Source: Eledone cirrhosa
Taxonomy: Eukaryota
Assembly (NCBI GenBank): GCA_964016885.1
Contig: OZ024747.1
Coordinates: 28,086,001 to 28,150,000, forward strand
Direction of reading: 5' to 3'
Length of the DNA stretch: 64,000 nucleotides
Shown here: piece after piece, positions 26,801-39,612 of the stretch
Position numbering within the stretch: position 1 is the first letter of the stretch
Layout: each line of letters opens with the position of its first letter
Translations under genes and position numbers: made by a program
Notes under the pieces: model-generated
Told to the model about the DNA's origin: nothing
Databases searched by the model: none
What the model saw: only the letters and a program-made list of their open reading frames with translations

Positions 26801-27850
26801 CATTTAATGTCTATTTTCCATGCTTGCATGGGTTTGATGGGTTATGTTATGATGTTAGACAGATCAGATGACCATGTCTTGCTCATATGATTCATTTTTT
26901 TTGGCTTCGTTTTCTACAGCTGGATGCTTTTCCTAATGCCAACCACCTTACAGGGTGAACTCATTGCTTTGTCAGCATGGAAAGTAGATGGAAAATGATG
27001 ATATAGTCGATGATAGCCGTGGGTGGGCAGGCCTAGGTAGACTTAGGATGAGGTAATAAAAGCTGACCTTGCACAACTATACCTCTCAAAGGACCACAAC
27101 CTCTGGCGCTATGCAGTTTTACAGAAGACCTGCCCTCTATTATTCTCAGGATGAGACTGATACTTAGTAGGCAACACCTTTCTCAACCTTCTATCCCCCC
27201 TCATTCACCTCCCTTAGCAGTAACCATACCTCCCCTACTACCCTGTCCAAATTTTCCCCCAAGCTTCCTCTCCCAAGACTGTAAAGTGGTCATGTCGGTG
27301 ACATGACAAAGGTGCCTAGTCTACACTGTAAAGTGGTTGTGTAGGTGTCACAACAAAAAGTACCCAGCACACACTGTAAATCTGATTGGTGTTAGGAAGG
27401 GCATCCAGCCGTAGAAAACCAGCCCCAAAACACCCAGCCCACACTGTAAAGTGGACGTGTAAAAGACACGGCAAAAAGCACCCAGCACACACTGTAAATG
27501 TGGTTGGCATTAGGCAGGGCATCCAGCCGTAGAAAACCAGCCAGAAACTCTCCTAACCGACCTAACTTGCCTCTAAATGGGACAAACCCGTCTAACCCAT
27601 GCTAGTGTGGAAGATTGACGTTAATCGATGATGATATATATCATCATTTTATGTCTACTTTCCATGCTGGCAAAAGTTGGACATATATAAAAGTGTGTGT
27701 TTACATACACATTTTTCGTACTGTTTCTGTACAGTTGTGTGTGTATTTATATATATATAAGCATGTTTACATACATATTTCTCACAGCTTCAGCTGTACT
27801 GTTTATGTGCAAATACATATTTATAATATAGAATTCTTTTTCATCACCAG

Positions 27851-28149
27851 TTCCTTCCCAGTTATTGTCATCTTCCAGAAAAGGTAATTCACTCCACAGT
27901 AAGAAGGAAGAAGTAGGATCTACATCAGCTTCTAGTAGCAAGTTCTCAAAGGAACCATTATCTCTTCACAGCAATACAGAGTCACAAAGTTTGGCTAGTC
28001 TGAAAATTTCACGACTTCAACACAATAAAATTAACCCCATTAATCACAATGTGTGTCCTGAAATTGTTCCCAAGAATTCAAGGTTCACAACATCCCAAAA
28101 ACCCATTCAAACTAAACTTCAGAGAACAAAGTCAGATATCGCCAAAAAT
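27851..28149 (+). CDS. AGBL5: AGBL5 coding exon 11 (predicted, low-complexity C-terminal tail)
   Basis: caccag acceptor gives a phase-1 join into ORF 27865; donor GTAAGT at 28150. Confidence 0.75.
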
Positions 28150-28777
28150 GTAAGTATTAGCATTTGAACATTTATTACATGCATCCGTTGTTTACTTAGA
28201 TGCTATACTGGAGAAAACATGTTTTACTCATCCATGGAAAGCCAAGAGATGTCAAAATGATGATGTTCACTAGTAAAGATGCTATAAACATTTGAATTAA
28301 CAAACCACATTAGCTAGATATTTTTGAAAAGTACAAAACAGCCCTATAACTGCAACTGCATCACATAAAACATTAGTCTACTTCAATACTTTAAATTTTC
28401 ACAATGAACTATTCACTAGTAATAATACTATAAACATTTGAATTAGCAATCCACTTTAGTAAAACATTTTTAAAAAGTACAAAACAGCAAAAGGACTGCA
28501 TCACAATGTAAATTAAAATCTTTACTCTAATAGTACAAATTTTTACAATGATATGACCACCAGTAAAAACCCTATAACATTTAAATTAACAAACCCGTTT
28601 TTAGTTATTTTTTTCCGAATCATTACAGGTTGTTGAGTTAATTAACCTTCTTCTCCTTTTTCTTTTTCTTTCTTCTTGTCCTCCTCCTCCTTGGTCTCCT
28701 GCCATAAAATCTGCTCAGTGAATAAAGGCTGCCTCTAAAAAAAAAGCCTGATTTTCGCAGATCTGAGAAAAGTATTA

Positions 28778-28944
28778 TCGTATTTCCTGGCGTCGAAGAC
28801 GCTACTTTTTTCCTAAAATAAGTCTCAAAAATCTACCATGCATCCTGGAGGCCAAAGGTTGTTTAATATTTTTTTCAAATTTTTGGTTGTCAAAATTAGA
28901 GTGCATCCTATAGGACAAAGCGTCTTCGGCGCTGGGAAATACGG
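28778..28944. mobile_element. pogo/Tigger-like MITE (TA-flanked)
   Basis: TA|TCGTATTTCCTGGCGTCGAAGACGC ... GCGTCTTCGGCGCTGGGAAATACGG|TA; ~25-bp imperfect TIRs. Confidence 0.75.
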
Positions 28945-29174
28945 TAGATTAATAACTTGTGCGAATGAGGCCACTGCAATATGATCAGAAACAGAAAAGG
29001 CATTATCTTTCATGTGGGATAACAAGGGATGCATTCAAACATTAGGTAGAAGGACCTGTTTGAAAATTATATTAGTCTCCATCCAACACTGCAACCTACT
29101 CTGGTAGATACGGGATGGAATTAACAACCTTGATTGCTTAATTGTTGTTTTGTTCTGTATTTTTTCCGTTTCAG

Positions 29175-29503
29175 TCTTCAATTTCTCCGGCTGTGTTCTC
29201 CAAACCTGTCAAAAGTAACTCACTATATGATAAGAAAGATGTGATGAAACCTGTGTTGAGCCGATCTATGTCCAGTGGCTGTGACAAACACCGGTCATTG
29301 ATCCACCTTGGCCATAACTACAGCCGGTCAGCAGAAAGTTCTCTTGTTAACAACAAGTTTATGCTTAAGTCGAAACAACGGCACACATGTTCAATTCAGA
29401 GTCATAAAAGTGAACTAGCAAGAGGTGATAATTCACCATCAAATGGCCTATTAAGATCAAAGGAGAAGAAATACGCACCTGACTCCAATAATGATATTCC
29501 AAG
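29175..29503 (+). CDS. AGBL5: AGBL5 coding exon 12 (predicted)
   Basis: tttcag acceptor; 109 open codons; donor GTAAGT; phase 0 to 2. Confidence 0.78.
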
Positions 29504-30685
29504 GTAAGTTATACTGGTTTGCTAACTATTTTCATTTCATCATCATCATCATTGTTATACATTTTTTTTCCCATGCTTATTGTTATACATCTTTTTTTCA
29601 TGCTTGCATGGTTTGGATAGGTTGTCACAGACCAGACTAGTTTTTATTCGAAATGACTCCTTTCCAAGGTGTTACCATTATCATTTTACATCCAACTTTC
29701 CATGCTGGAATGGGTTGAGTGAAATGTCAGTCTAAATCAGTTCTTATTCAGGATTACTGCCTTCCTAGATGAGTCAGAAGACCACATCTTGCTTGAACCT
29801 TCTATTTTTTTGTCATTATTTTTACAATTGGATACCCTTCCTAACACCAACTGTTTTACAGTGTTTACCTGGTGTATTTTATCATGGCATCAACACTACG
29901 ATTTAACTAAATATACTGAGTGTATTTTATTGTGGCACCAGCACACTTTTTTTTATAATTATCTATACTCTTCTTCAGATTGGCTTTGTTTCTCAGTCTG
30001 CCATAGCACTTACTCTAAGGTCACTGATGATTAATCTATGTTGAGAGATACTAACTTCACCAGAGAAGGACTTGGCATTTACAACCATTTGAGAAAACCC
30101 TTCATTAATGTAAATGACATAACAACCTCCCTAGTGCTGGTGCCATGATAAAATGCACCCAGTAAGTCTCTGTAAAATGGTTGGTGTTAAGAAGGGAATA
30201 CAACAATCAAAAAGCTGCCAACTATAGGGTAGAGAGGACATGTCAAAAACATGACAACCTCATTAGTGCTGGTGCTATGATAAGATGCATTGAGTACATT
30301 CTGTAAAGTGTAAGAATGTATGTGAGCGAGAATTGACCCTCAGCTTGTCTGTGACAACCCACCTAACCTTTACTGGCATTGAAGATAGAATATTTAACAA
30401 TGGTGATGATGATTTCTATATACAATACGTTTTTTTATAAACATCTACTCTCTCTATATATAGAGATCAGCTGTTCAGTAAACCCCTACTCTCTGTAGAG
30501 AAAACACAACTTCTATAAACACATCATTTCTATCTATCTATATAAAGAGAGCACATTTTCTTTAAACACCTACACTATATATTTACATTTCTAATATGTA
30601 TTTTGAATGGTTAATGGTTGGTTATTATTGACTGTATTTAACTGTTGTAATATCTAAACCATAAATTAATTTCTTTCTAATATTA

Positions 30686-31012
30686 GCCCTTTTGATATCA
30701 AACTACCTGAAACCACTCCTTCTATGATACAAAGGGGCCCATTTTAAAGTGTTCAAATTTAGATTAAAACCTTCCATCATAATTTTATGTAAGAACCTTT
30801 GTTAATATATATCTATTTATATATCCCCCCAAAATGTATACACACTTCAACAGCATTCTAATAAATATGTGTATACATTTTTGGGGGGGCACCCTGTATA
30901 TATATACTTTGTGTTTCCAACCATCAGAAAGTTAGTTATATTATTAAATGCCTCCAAATTTTGAATAACATATTGGTAGTGTCTTTCATTAGATATCTGG
31001 TAACAAAAGGGT
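30686..31012. mobile_element. Second piggyBac-type MITE family with a nested Tc1/mariner-like palindromic remnant (30820..30900); related ends at ~2876, ~18840, ~24868, ~40873, ~44080
   Basis: CCCTTTTGATATCAAAC ... GGTAACAAAAGGG|TTAA; nested CCCCCCAAAATGTATACAC ... GTGTATACATTTTTGGGGGGGCACCCTGTA. Confidence 0.6.
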
Positions 31013-31284
31013 TAAATGTTTATTGCTAATTATCTTTAATGACTGCTTTTGTTTCACCAGACTTGTTTAGTGAATAACAGCAACAACAAAAACAACACGT
31101 GAGATAACGAAGCACATCATCATCATTATCATCATCATTCTTAATTAACAGAACACGCCTACTACTATCACCTCTTCCTCCATTTAAGGTTTTAGACTTT
31201 CTTCTACAGGTGTCTCTTACCTCTTTCTTCCCCCTTGTCCATAGTGCTAGCACTTTAGAAATGTGTGTGGCTTGACTGTGTGCA

Positions 31285-31420
31285 TATATATATATATACA
31301 TATAACATATACATGTGTATATATATATACACACACACACATATATATATATATATACATATACACATATATTTATATATATATATATATATATATACAT
31401 ATACACATATATATTTATAT

Positions 31421-31454
<34 letters not shown>

Positions 31455-31512
31455 ACATACAAACATATATATATATACATACGAAGATACATATATATAT
31501 ATATATATAAAC

Positions 31513-31573
<61 letters not shown>

Positions 31574-31632
31574 CATATATATATACCTATATATATACAT
31601 ACATATATATACACACACGTACATATAACATA
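31285..31632. repeat. Compound (TA)n/(CA)n microsatellite
   Basis: Seen directly in the sequence; source of many YI-rich false ORFs. Confidence 0.95.
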
Positions 31633-32152
31633 TGCATGTGTGTGCGTGTGTGTATTCTTTGTGTTTCTGTTTGCTAATGTTGTTTACTCTTTACCATCAT
31701 GCCCCTGTCTCATGCCTTGCCATGCAATGTCATCAATTATGTGTAGCCTCATTACCTTCTTCATCAATGTGTCTCAATTGCAGCCCCTACCTACTTATCT
31801 GTCTACTTACTTATCTATCTTCCTACCCATTTACCTACCTAGCTATCTGTTTTGGTTTCACTCACTATTTTAGCAGTTTGTGCTCAGTTTTATATTCATT
31901 GTTGTTGTTTTTCATTTCGATATTATTATTATTATTGAATGTTATGGTTGACGGAGGCTCGGCTCTGTAAGGTATTGTAAATTTTGACCGCTATAACAAT
32001 TGTAAATTGTTTAAAACTTTAACCAACTTGTAGACAAAAACACCCTCCTCCTCGTGAGAGGGGTCTTTCTGCCCGTTATTTGGCCCTTCGGGGTTAAATA
32101 ACTGCTTATTGGGGTTTTGTACCCAATATTTATTTTAAACAAAAAAAACAAC

Positions 32153-34272
32153 ATGGCTACGAAAAAGAATTTTCATAGGTCACTCCCACTCATTCCGTCT
32201 TCTTCTTCCTCAATCGTCACTACAGCAGAGAGAAGATTGTCTCTCTCCCTCCCTTCTTTAAATGTGTCTCTCTCCCTCCCTTCTTTAAATGTGTCTCTCT
32301 CCCTCCCTTCTCTTTCGCAAGCGACGACAGAAAAGAAAAGTCTCGTGCAAAGCGTGCAAGATTTCTCCACGACGACGACGACACCGACGAAACAGGTGTG
32401 CGGGAAATACGAAAACCCATTTCATTCGTCTGACGTCAGGAATAATAGCAGTAGCAGCCGTAATAACAACAGCAACAGTGACAATAAAAACAACAGTAGC
32501 AGCCGCAACAGCATCAGCAGCAGCATAAACAACAACAGCATTAGCAGCAGCAACACCAACAACAACCACAGCAACAGCGGCGGCGGCAGTAGTCGTAGTA
32601 CCTGCAGCAACAACAAAAGTAACAGCAGCTCTGACGACAACAACAACAACAGCAGCAAAGAAAAACCAATCTCGTTTGCAGGTATCGCGAAGAACCTGGA
32701 AACAATCCTCATAACAAATGAGGAATTAGAGGAAGCGAAGAAGATGGTGACAAAAACAGGACACCGAGCAATCTGCAAGGCAGCGGAAAAATTTTTCGAA
32801 ACCCAACCACTGTACGGTCACGTACCGTACAGCAAGTACAAAATCCCGTAGGGTGCAAAGAGCCACAGAGGCTCAAATACAAAAAGCCTTGGGGTCTGTG
32901 TGGCAGCGGAAAACGCACATCACCCGAGGCAAAAAATGTGCCACCGTAGACGTACTTTTTACCACACCCCAGGAGGCAAAGGCTCAATCCGTAGTGACCC
33001 TAATGAGCGAGGAAATGGTGTTGGTGCCCTCCTACTGCGGGCAAAAAATTCTGAGGGTCAAACTGACCCACGTCCCCACCGGGATGGCCCCTTCTTGGCT
33101 GGCCGCGTCTGTCCTCGTCGGAATCGAGGACAAAACAACTGTACTGCAAGTACAGAAAAAAGTAAGAGAAGATTGGGGCGGCACCTCCATTGAGATGTTA
33201 ATCCAAACCAACCAGGAGTGCATCGAAGCTATCCCGGATGTGATAGACTTCGATAACGGCACTCGACTGCCCATAAGTGTTGAGGGCAAACGCCCGAAAT
33301 GCTTTCGCTGTGGATCGAAGACTCACCTCAGGGCCTTCTGCAACGAGAAGACCCTGAGAAAGGAGAAAACCCCCCTCCTTCCGAAACCGGCTCCACGGCT
33401 ACCAGCAACAGGACAAGCGGCAACCAGGAACGATAGGTCCGTGGCACCCATACCCACGCTACGGAAATCAAAAACAGCAGCAGCAGTGGAAATATTAACA
33501 ACAACAGCAATACCAAATGCAGCTGCAACAGAGACTCCAGTGCAAACATCACCAACAACAACAAGTGAAAGAGTGGAGCTGGTACCCCTCCCCGACCTCA
33601 CAGAATCAGACATGGAGTGTGAGGTGGGAGAGGGATGGCAAAAGGTCGTAAGAAGGCACAAACGCAGAAGCAGCGCATCGTCGACTTCGTAAAGGGAGGA
33701 AAGAAATGAAAAAAAGGGTAAAGTCTACTGCAAAGAGACTCACAGCAGCAACACCACCATCACCACCCACGCTAGCACCACCATCACCACCGGTGACAAC
33801 CCCACCGCCAACAACACCTTCAACACCACCACCACAAGCACCAACATCGCAAACACAACAACAAAACACACACACCCAGCAACAACGACAAGAAAATAGC
33901 AGAACCACACCCCACCCCCAGAAAAACAAATGCACAGCAATAAATACACACAAGAAGAAACTAATGACTTACATAATTGAACACACAGACATTTCACAAC
34001 ACGACTACATAATACCAGCACCAATCAAAACGCCAACTAACATAAGACTGCTAAAAATAGCACAGAAACAATACACAAACATTAAAACGAAATTCCCCAA
34101 CGCAGTTGGTGATTTCAGGGACCTAGGAGGAACTATCAATCGAAGAGTATATTCGGACATACTCATAGAAGAGCCGACGACCAGCCGAAGGGACGATTCA
34201 ACGGTCCCTTCACCAGACGATCAAGTGAAAAGGGATGTAAAAACCATCCCTCCTCTACGAAAAGTACGGTAA
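32153..34272 (+). pseudogene. Tx1 ORF1 (gag-like), split over three frames (32153..32851, 32853..33692, 33706..34272)
   Basis: Zinc knuckle CFRCGSKTHLRAFC preceded by ISVEGKRPK; GWQKVVRR motif; Asn/Ser- and Pro/Thr-rich linkers; two +1 frame changes at stop codons. Confidence 0.75.
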
Positions 34273-34307
34273 GTGGTCTTTCCCATCTTTTCCACTCTAT
34301 TTTAAAC

Positions 34308-37300
34308 ATGACCTCACTCAGAATAGGCAGCATAAATGCGCGTGGCTTGGGGTCGTCATGGAAGCAGGGTCACCTGCTCAACGACCTCAGGTCACTAAAC
34401 ATAGATGTAGTGGCCATCAGCGAGACCAGAATCTCCGAATCACGGGCCTTCGCACCGATCTTCGGTGGCTACGATGTGTACGCATCTCCCAGCCGTCCTG
34501 GATCGGGGGGGGGGGGGGAGTTGCTGTGCTTTTTCGGAGAGGTTTGGATCTCGCCATACGGGCCATCTTCCTGGACCCAGAGGGTAAGCTGGTGGTGCTG
34601 GACGTGACCAGCAGAGACGGGCAAGCTTTCAGGCTAGTGGCCGTCTATGCCCCGACAGGAGCAGGGCGACCTGATTTCTTCCGACGTCTGGAGACCTTTC
34701 TTGGAACGTCCCGCTCTTTAGTGTTAGTGGGCGACTGGAACGGGATCTTAGATGCACGCTGGGACTGTGTGGGATTAGCGGATAGGGGTGGAGGGTGCAA
34801 GAGCCTCACCAACCTGCTCAGGCGTTTTGAACTATCTGACAGGTACCGATTGGATTTCCCGAATGTGCCAATGTGGACTTGGACAAATCGCATAGGGTCA
34901 TCCAGATCATATCTAGATAGAGTACTTTGTAGGGAAATAGATAGGTCTAGCATAGGCTGTCCACAATTCAAGATAGTCAGCTACACGGACCACAAATTCG
35001 TGATCTGTGTGCTTGACTTAGATAGGCTTCATAGACGAGGACCCGGCTACTGGAAGCTAAACGCGTCCTTACCAGCGCGCAAGGCCTACAGAGACCAGAT
35101 TAGTGAACTAGTTAAGCGGGCGTTGACGGGGGCCATCGTCAACAACAAGTGGTGGTTTGCTCTGAAAAGAGCGATTAGAATAGAATCCATTAGGTTTAGT
35201 AAGGCTTTAGCAATAGAGAAAAATAGAGCAGAGGGAGAACTAGTTAGAAAATTAGATGAGGCGCTTAGCAAAGGCATTGCGACCGACATGCTTGCGGCAA
35301 AATTGGCCATTGACCAATTCTTCAATGCAAAGCACGAAGGCTGCATTGTCAGAGCAAGGGTGCGTGCTCTCAGACACGAGGGGACGAAAGCCGTTCAATG
35401 GGCCCGAGTGGCGGAGGCGCGTCATGGCAACAAAGCCACGATCCGGTCTTTGGTGGACCACGACGGGCGCATGCTACTCGATCCCGGGCAAATGTGTGAA
35501 GCTTTTCAGCGACACTTCGCTCAGCTGTTCGGGGGCAGCGGTGGGCCGGGTCGAGGGATGGACTTTAGTGTCTACCTCGACGGACTGCCGCGGCTCTCGG
35601 CCACTGAGGCGAAGTGTTGCGAAAAGCCGATAACAGCCGCTGAAGTACGGGAGGCAATGACTGGCTGCACAAGGGGTAAATCGCCTGGTTTGGATGGTCT
35701 GCCCTATGAACTTTACGTACAGATGCCAGACTTGTTCGGAGGCCTCTTGGCGGACGTCTACTGCAACTGGCAACAGAACGGGAGAATTCCCAGTTCTGTG
35801 AGCCGAGGAGCGGTGGCACTGCTGAGAAAGGATCCGAACAAGGGGGATAACATAGATAATTTTCGGCCCATAACTCTGCTAAACACAGAGTTCAAGATTT
35901 TGGCCAAGGTGCTAGCAAAGAGGTTGGCGCTTGTCGTTGGTGGTCTGGTGGGAGAGGCGCATGTCTGCGCCATTCCCGACAGATCCATCCACGACAACCT
36001 CCACCTCATGCGATACATCGTAGAGAGGGTAGCTAGGGAACCTGGCACGGGTGGGTCCTTGATCAATTTAGATCAGTCGAAAGCTTTCGATAGGGTCGAC
36101 CATGGTTACCTAGCGGCAGTCCTGAGGGCGGCTGACTTTGGGCCCGTCTTCAGAGGCTGGATATCTGCCATGCACAGCGACATCTGCTCTGTGGTGAGAG
36201 TGAACGGTCACCTGTTGGAACCGGTCAACATCATGCGCTCGGTCCGCCAAGGATGTCCCCTCTCGTCCCTCTTGTACGTATTGACTCTCGAGCCATTACT
36301 GCACAAACTGGAGACGTTGAGGGGCGTCCCGCGCGAACTAGGATGCGGAAGATCCGTGTCAGCATATGCGGACGATGTCACCGTAGTGGTGTCGAACGCC
36401 AAACACATCGAGGCGATCGGCACTACACTAAGAGAATACGAAGCGGTGACAGGAGCAATGATCAACCAGCAAAAGTCAGTGGGCCTGCAGCTCGGCACCT
36501 GGAGAGGCAGGTCTATGCCGTCCAACAGCGTCGTCGGACGCTGGACGGACGGACCGGTTAAATTGCTAGGGGTTTGGTTCGGTCCGGACCTCCAGATGGA
36601 CAAAAACTGGGACGACGTGACGAGCAGGGTGGCTTCTCTCACCCAGAAATGGGCGGAGAGGAAGCTATCCCTGAAAGGTCGAGCGGAGGTGGCTAACGCG
36701 TACATCGCGTCTGTCATCTGCTACCGCCTGACCGTCGTACCTTGTCCTAAGCCTCGCCTGACTGCGCTGGAGCGTTTGCTCTTTCGCTTTTTGTGGAAGG
36801 GACGCGCTCCGATGGTCAGGCGGTCCATCTGTTGTCAACACCCGCTACGTGGAGGGCTGGGCATGCCGTGACTGATGATACGCAGGCACGCGCTCAGGCT
36901 ACGACATCTCCACCTCTTCCTCGACGGTGATCAGGTGTGGTCGCCGTTTGCTAGACGCGTATTTCCCCAGCTCGTTTCCTTGATGGAGCTGCAGTCCTGG
37001 GTCAAGCGAAGACCGAGAGGGAGCGCCTGGAGACTGGAATGTCTTCAGGCGCTCACAGCCCTCGACCAATCGGGCAATGTGATCGGTGGAAACTCCACCT
37101 CGGCGTTCTATAGAGGATTAGTGGAGGGGAAGAGCGACGACGTACTTGGGGAAACTCTAGGCGTCGACGAAAATCAACTAGCCAATCTCTTCGGAAGAAC
37201 TTTCGGGCCAGGGCCTATGGACAACTTCCAGAAATCTCTGGCCTGGCAGTGCTACCAAGGAGCCTTGCCAGTTCGGGATAAACTCTACAGGCATGGAGGT

Positions 37301-37732
37301 GCCGTCAGCCGGGCATGTCCGAGATGCGCGCAGGGCGACGAAACCGTCCTGCACGCACTCGTCCAGTGTCCGAAAATTGCTGACTTGTGGGTTTATGTCG
37401 AACACCTGCTGTCGCGTTTAGGACGGATCTGGCTATCATCTGAGTCCATCGTGAGGATTGCCCCGCCCTCCTCCTTTAGCCGGGAAGGGCAGGCAGTTTT
37501 TATCTGTCTGGTGGCCATGGCGAAAGAGATAGTATGGTGGACACGTTTGAAAGGGCTGAAGACGAGCACTTACCTCTTCGGTGATGCTCTGATTGACTTT
37601 TTCAAATTTCATTTGAAAAGGAAAATCAGAGTAGAGAGGGAAGTGCTCTCTTCCCAGCATTTTGTTGAAAGATGGGTGAGAGAAGCAAGAATGGCCCGAG
37701 TGAATGGGCCTACTCTGAGTATATATCTGTAA
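34308..37732 (+). pseudogene. Tx1 ORF2 (APE endonuclease + reverse transcriptase + zinc finger) with one frameshift and one nonsense codon
   Basis: SINARGL, ISET, VYAP, GDWN, SYLDRV, YTDH (APE); KSPGLDG, NFRPITLLN, DQSKAFDRV, RQGCPLS, YADD (RT); CPRC..ETVLHALVQC. Frameshift in the G-run at ~34506..34518; in-frame TGA at 36869. Confidence 0.93.
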
Positions 37733-37986
37733 ATTAAAGGTGGAAAACTGGGAGAGGGCACTTGCCTTGGTGGTCAGGGTCATTGTGGCCTTTTACTGGG
37801 CTTTCTCCACAAATGTCCCTCCGAAGTCTCCCCACTATTGGGGAATTTTTCATTGTTATTTTTTGTTACATCCTCTGTTTTTGTTTTTTACACGCAGAAA
37901 TGCCCATTTGTACCATCCTGTATTGTCCTGCACTGTCCTTAATGTCTACTTTATGTAAACCCTTGTGGTTAATAAAGAAAACATTA

Positions 37987-38022
<36 letters not shown>

Positions 38023-38634
38023 TTTCTTTTGATTTCACTTTATATCAACCAGATACTTATGGCAGACATCGTTGGTTTTAAGTTTTCAATAATTTTTTTT
38101 CTTCTTTTTTTTTTTTTATTGTTCCACCTTCACATTCACTTAAGTCACATCACAAAAGTAAATAGGTAAATACAAAAATTAGAAAATAGATATAGAAAGG
38201 TAGCAGTAGGAGGAGATAAAAAGGAGTATTAAGGAGTATAAAAGATATAAATTAATTTGGCTTTAAGGATATTTGAATGGTATTAAATATCAACTAAATT
38301 TACTACAAAAATTAAGCAGAAAAGATTGTGTTGACGGATATTACAAAGACAAAAATTTATGAAGTATGTGGGTAGTATTTGTTAGAACTATCTTTTGGAT
38401 TTCATAGAAGCTAGGTTTACCAGGTATGTTTTCTAGAAACTTTTGAACACCTTTCTTTATGACCCCTAGAACTCCTATCACTATCAAAATAGTTTGTGCT
38501 ACATTCTGTTTATCTCATTTTCTAGATCTTTATATTTTGAAAGTTTTTCATTCTCTTTTGCTGACACATATCTAACAGACAGTTCACTCATATAAATGAG
38601 TAAGCAGACCTTGTTATTATTATTATTATTATTA

Positions 38635-39612
38635 AGGGCGGTGGATTGGCAGTATCAGTGGAGAGTCGGACTTCATGCTTTGCAGCATAGAGTTATGGTC
38701 CTTTAAGGTCTGAGTTCAAATCCCGCTGAAGTTAACTCAATAAAATAAAGCACCAGTAACATACTGGGGTCAATTTAATCGACCCCCCCCCCCCCCAAAA
38801 AAAAAATTACTGGCCTTGTGCCTATACTAGAAATCATTATTAAGGGCAGCATTGGTAGAGTGTCAGACACTATGCATTGAATTCAAATCCCATCGAGGTT
38901 AACTTATGGGGTTGATAAAATAAAGAACGAGTAACACACTGGGGTCGATTTAATCGACTTCTCCCTTCCCTTCAAATTGCTGACCTTGTGCTAAAAGTAG
39001 AAACAATTATTATTATTAAGGGCAGTATCAGTAGAGTGTCGGACAACATGCTTTGTGGTATAGAGCTACGTCCTTTTATGTTCTGAGTTCAAATCTCAGG
39101 ATCGATAAAATAAAGTACCACTGTGGACAATTTAATCAACTTTCCTTGCTGAAAATTGTTAGCCTTGTGAATAAATCAGAAACAATTATTATTATTAAGG
39201 GTGGTGGATTGGCAATATCGGTAGAGGGTCGGACGCCATGCCTTGACACACTGAGTTACGGCCCTTGCCATTCTGAGTTCAAATCCCGCTGAGGTTAACT
39301 TTGCCTTTCATCCTTACGGGGTCGATAAAATAAAGTACCAGTAATACACTGGGGTAATAGCTGGCCTTGTGCCAAAAGTAGAAACCATTATTAAGGCTGG
39401 GAAATTGGCAGTATCCATATAGCATTGGAAAAACTGTTTTGTGGCATTAGTTACGATTTTATACATTCTGATTTCAAATCCTACCAAGGTTAACTTTGCC
39501 TTTCATCCTCTAGGATTGATAAAATAAAGTACCAGAAAAGTACTGGGGTCAATATAATCGACTTTCCCTTTCCTCCAAATATTGTTGGCCTTGTGCATAA
39601 ATTAGAAACTAT
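38635..39612 (+). mobile_element. Head-to-tail cluster of about five family A SINEs
   Basis: Repeated A-box/B-box/core units starting near 38635, 38843, 39018, 39197 and 39393, each joined by ATT-rich tails. Confidence 0.8.

Larger units (their letters stand above)
31937..37980 (+). mobile_element. Near full-length Tx1-clade (L1 group) non-LTR retrotransposon, ~6 kb, in AGBL5 intron 12
   Basis: GC-rich block bounded by (TAT)n on both sides. Contains an ORF1 with CCHC knuckle, an ORF2 with APE, RT and C-terminal zinc finger, and AATAAA at 37971. Confidence 0.93.

Noticed and set aside
31026-31677. Multiple YI/YT-rich ORFs (also 1469..2249, 57051..57371 and others)
   Set aside because: They are translations of (TA)n/(CA)n microsatellites, not genes.
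34358-34505. N-terminus of the 837-aa ORF (MEAGSPAQ..)
   Set aside because: The true ORF2 start is 34308 (APE motif SINARGL); this segment is out of frame upstream of the poly-G frameshift.
34645-37405. Several antisense or alternate-frame ORFs inside Tx1 ORF2
   Set aside because: Expected shadow ORFs of a GC-rich coding sequence; no recognisable motifs.
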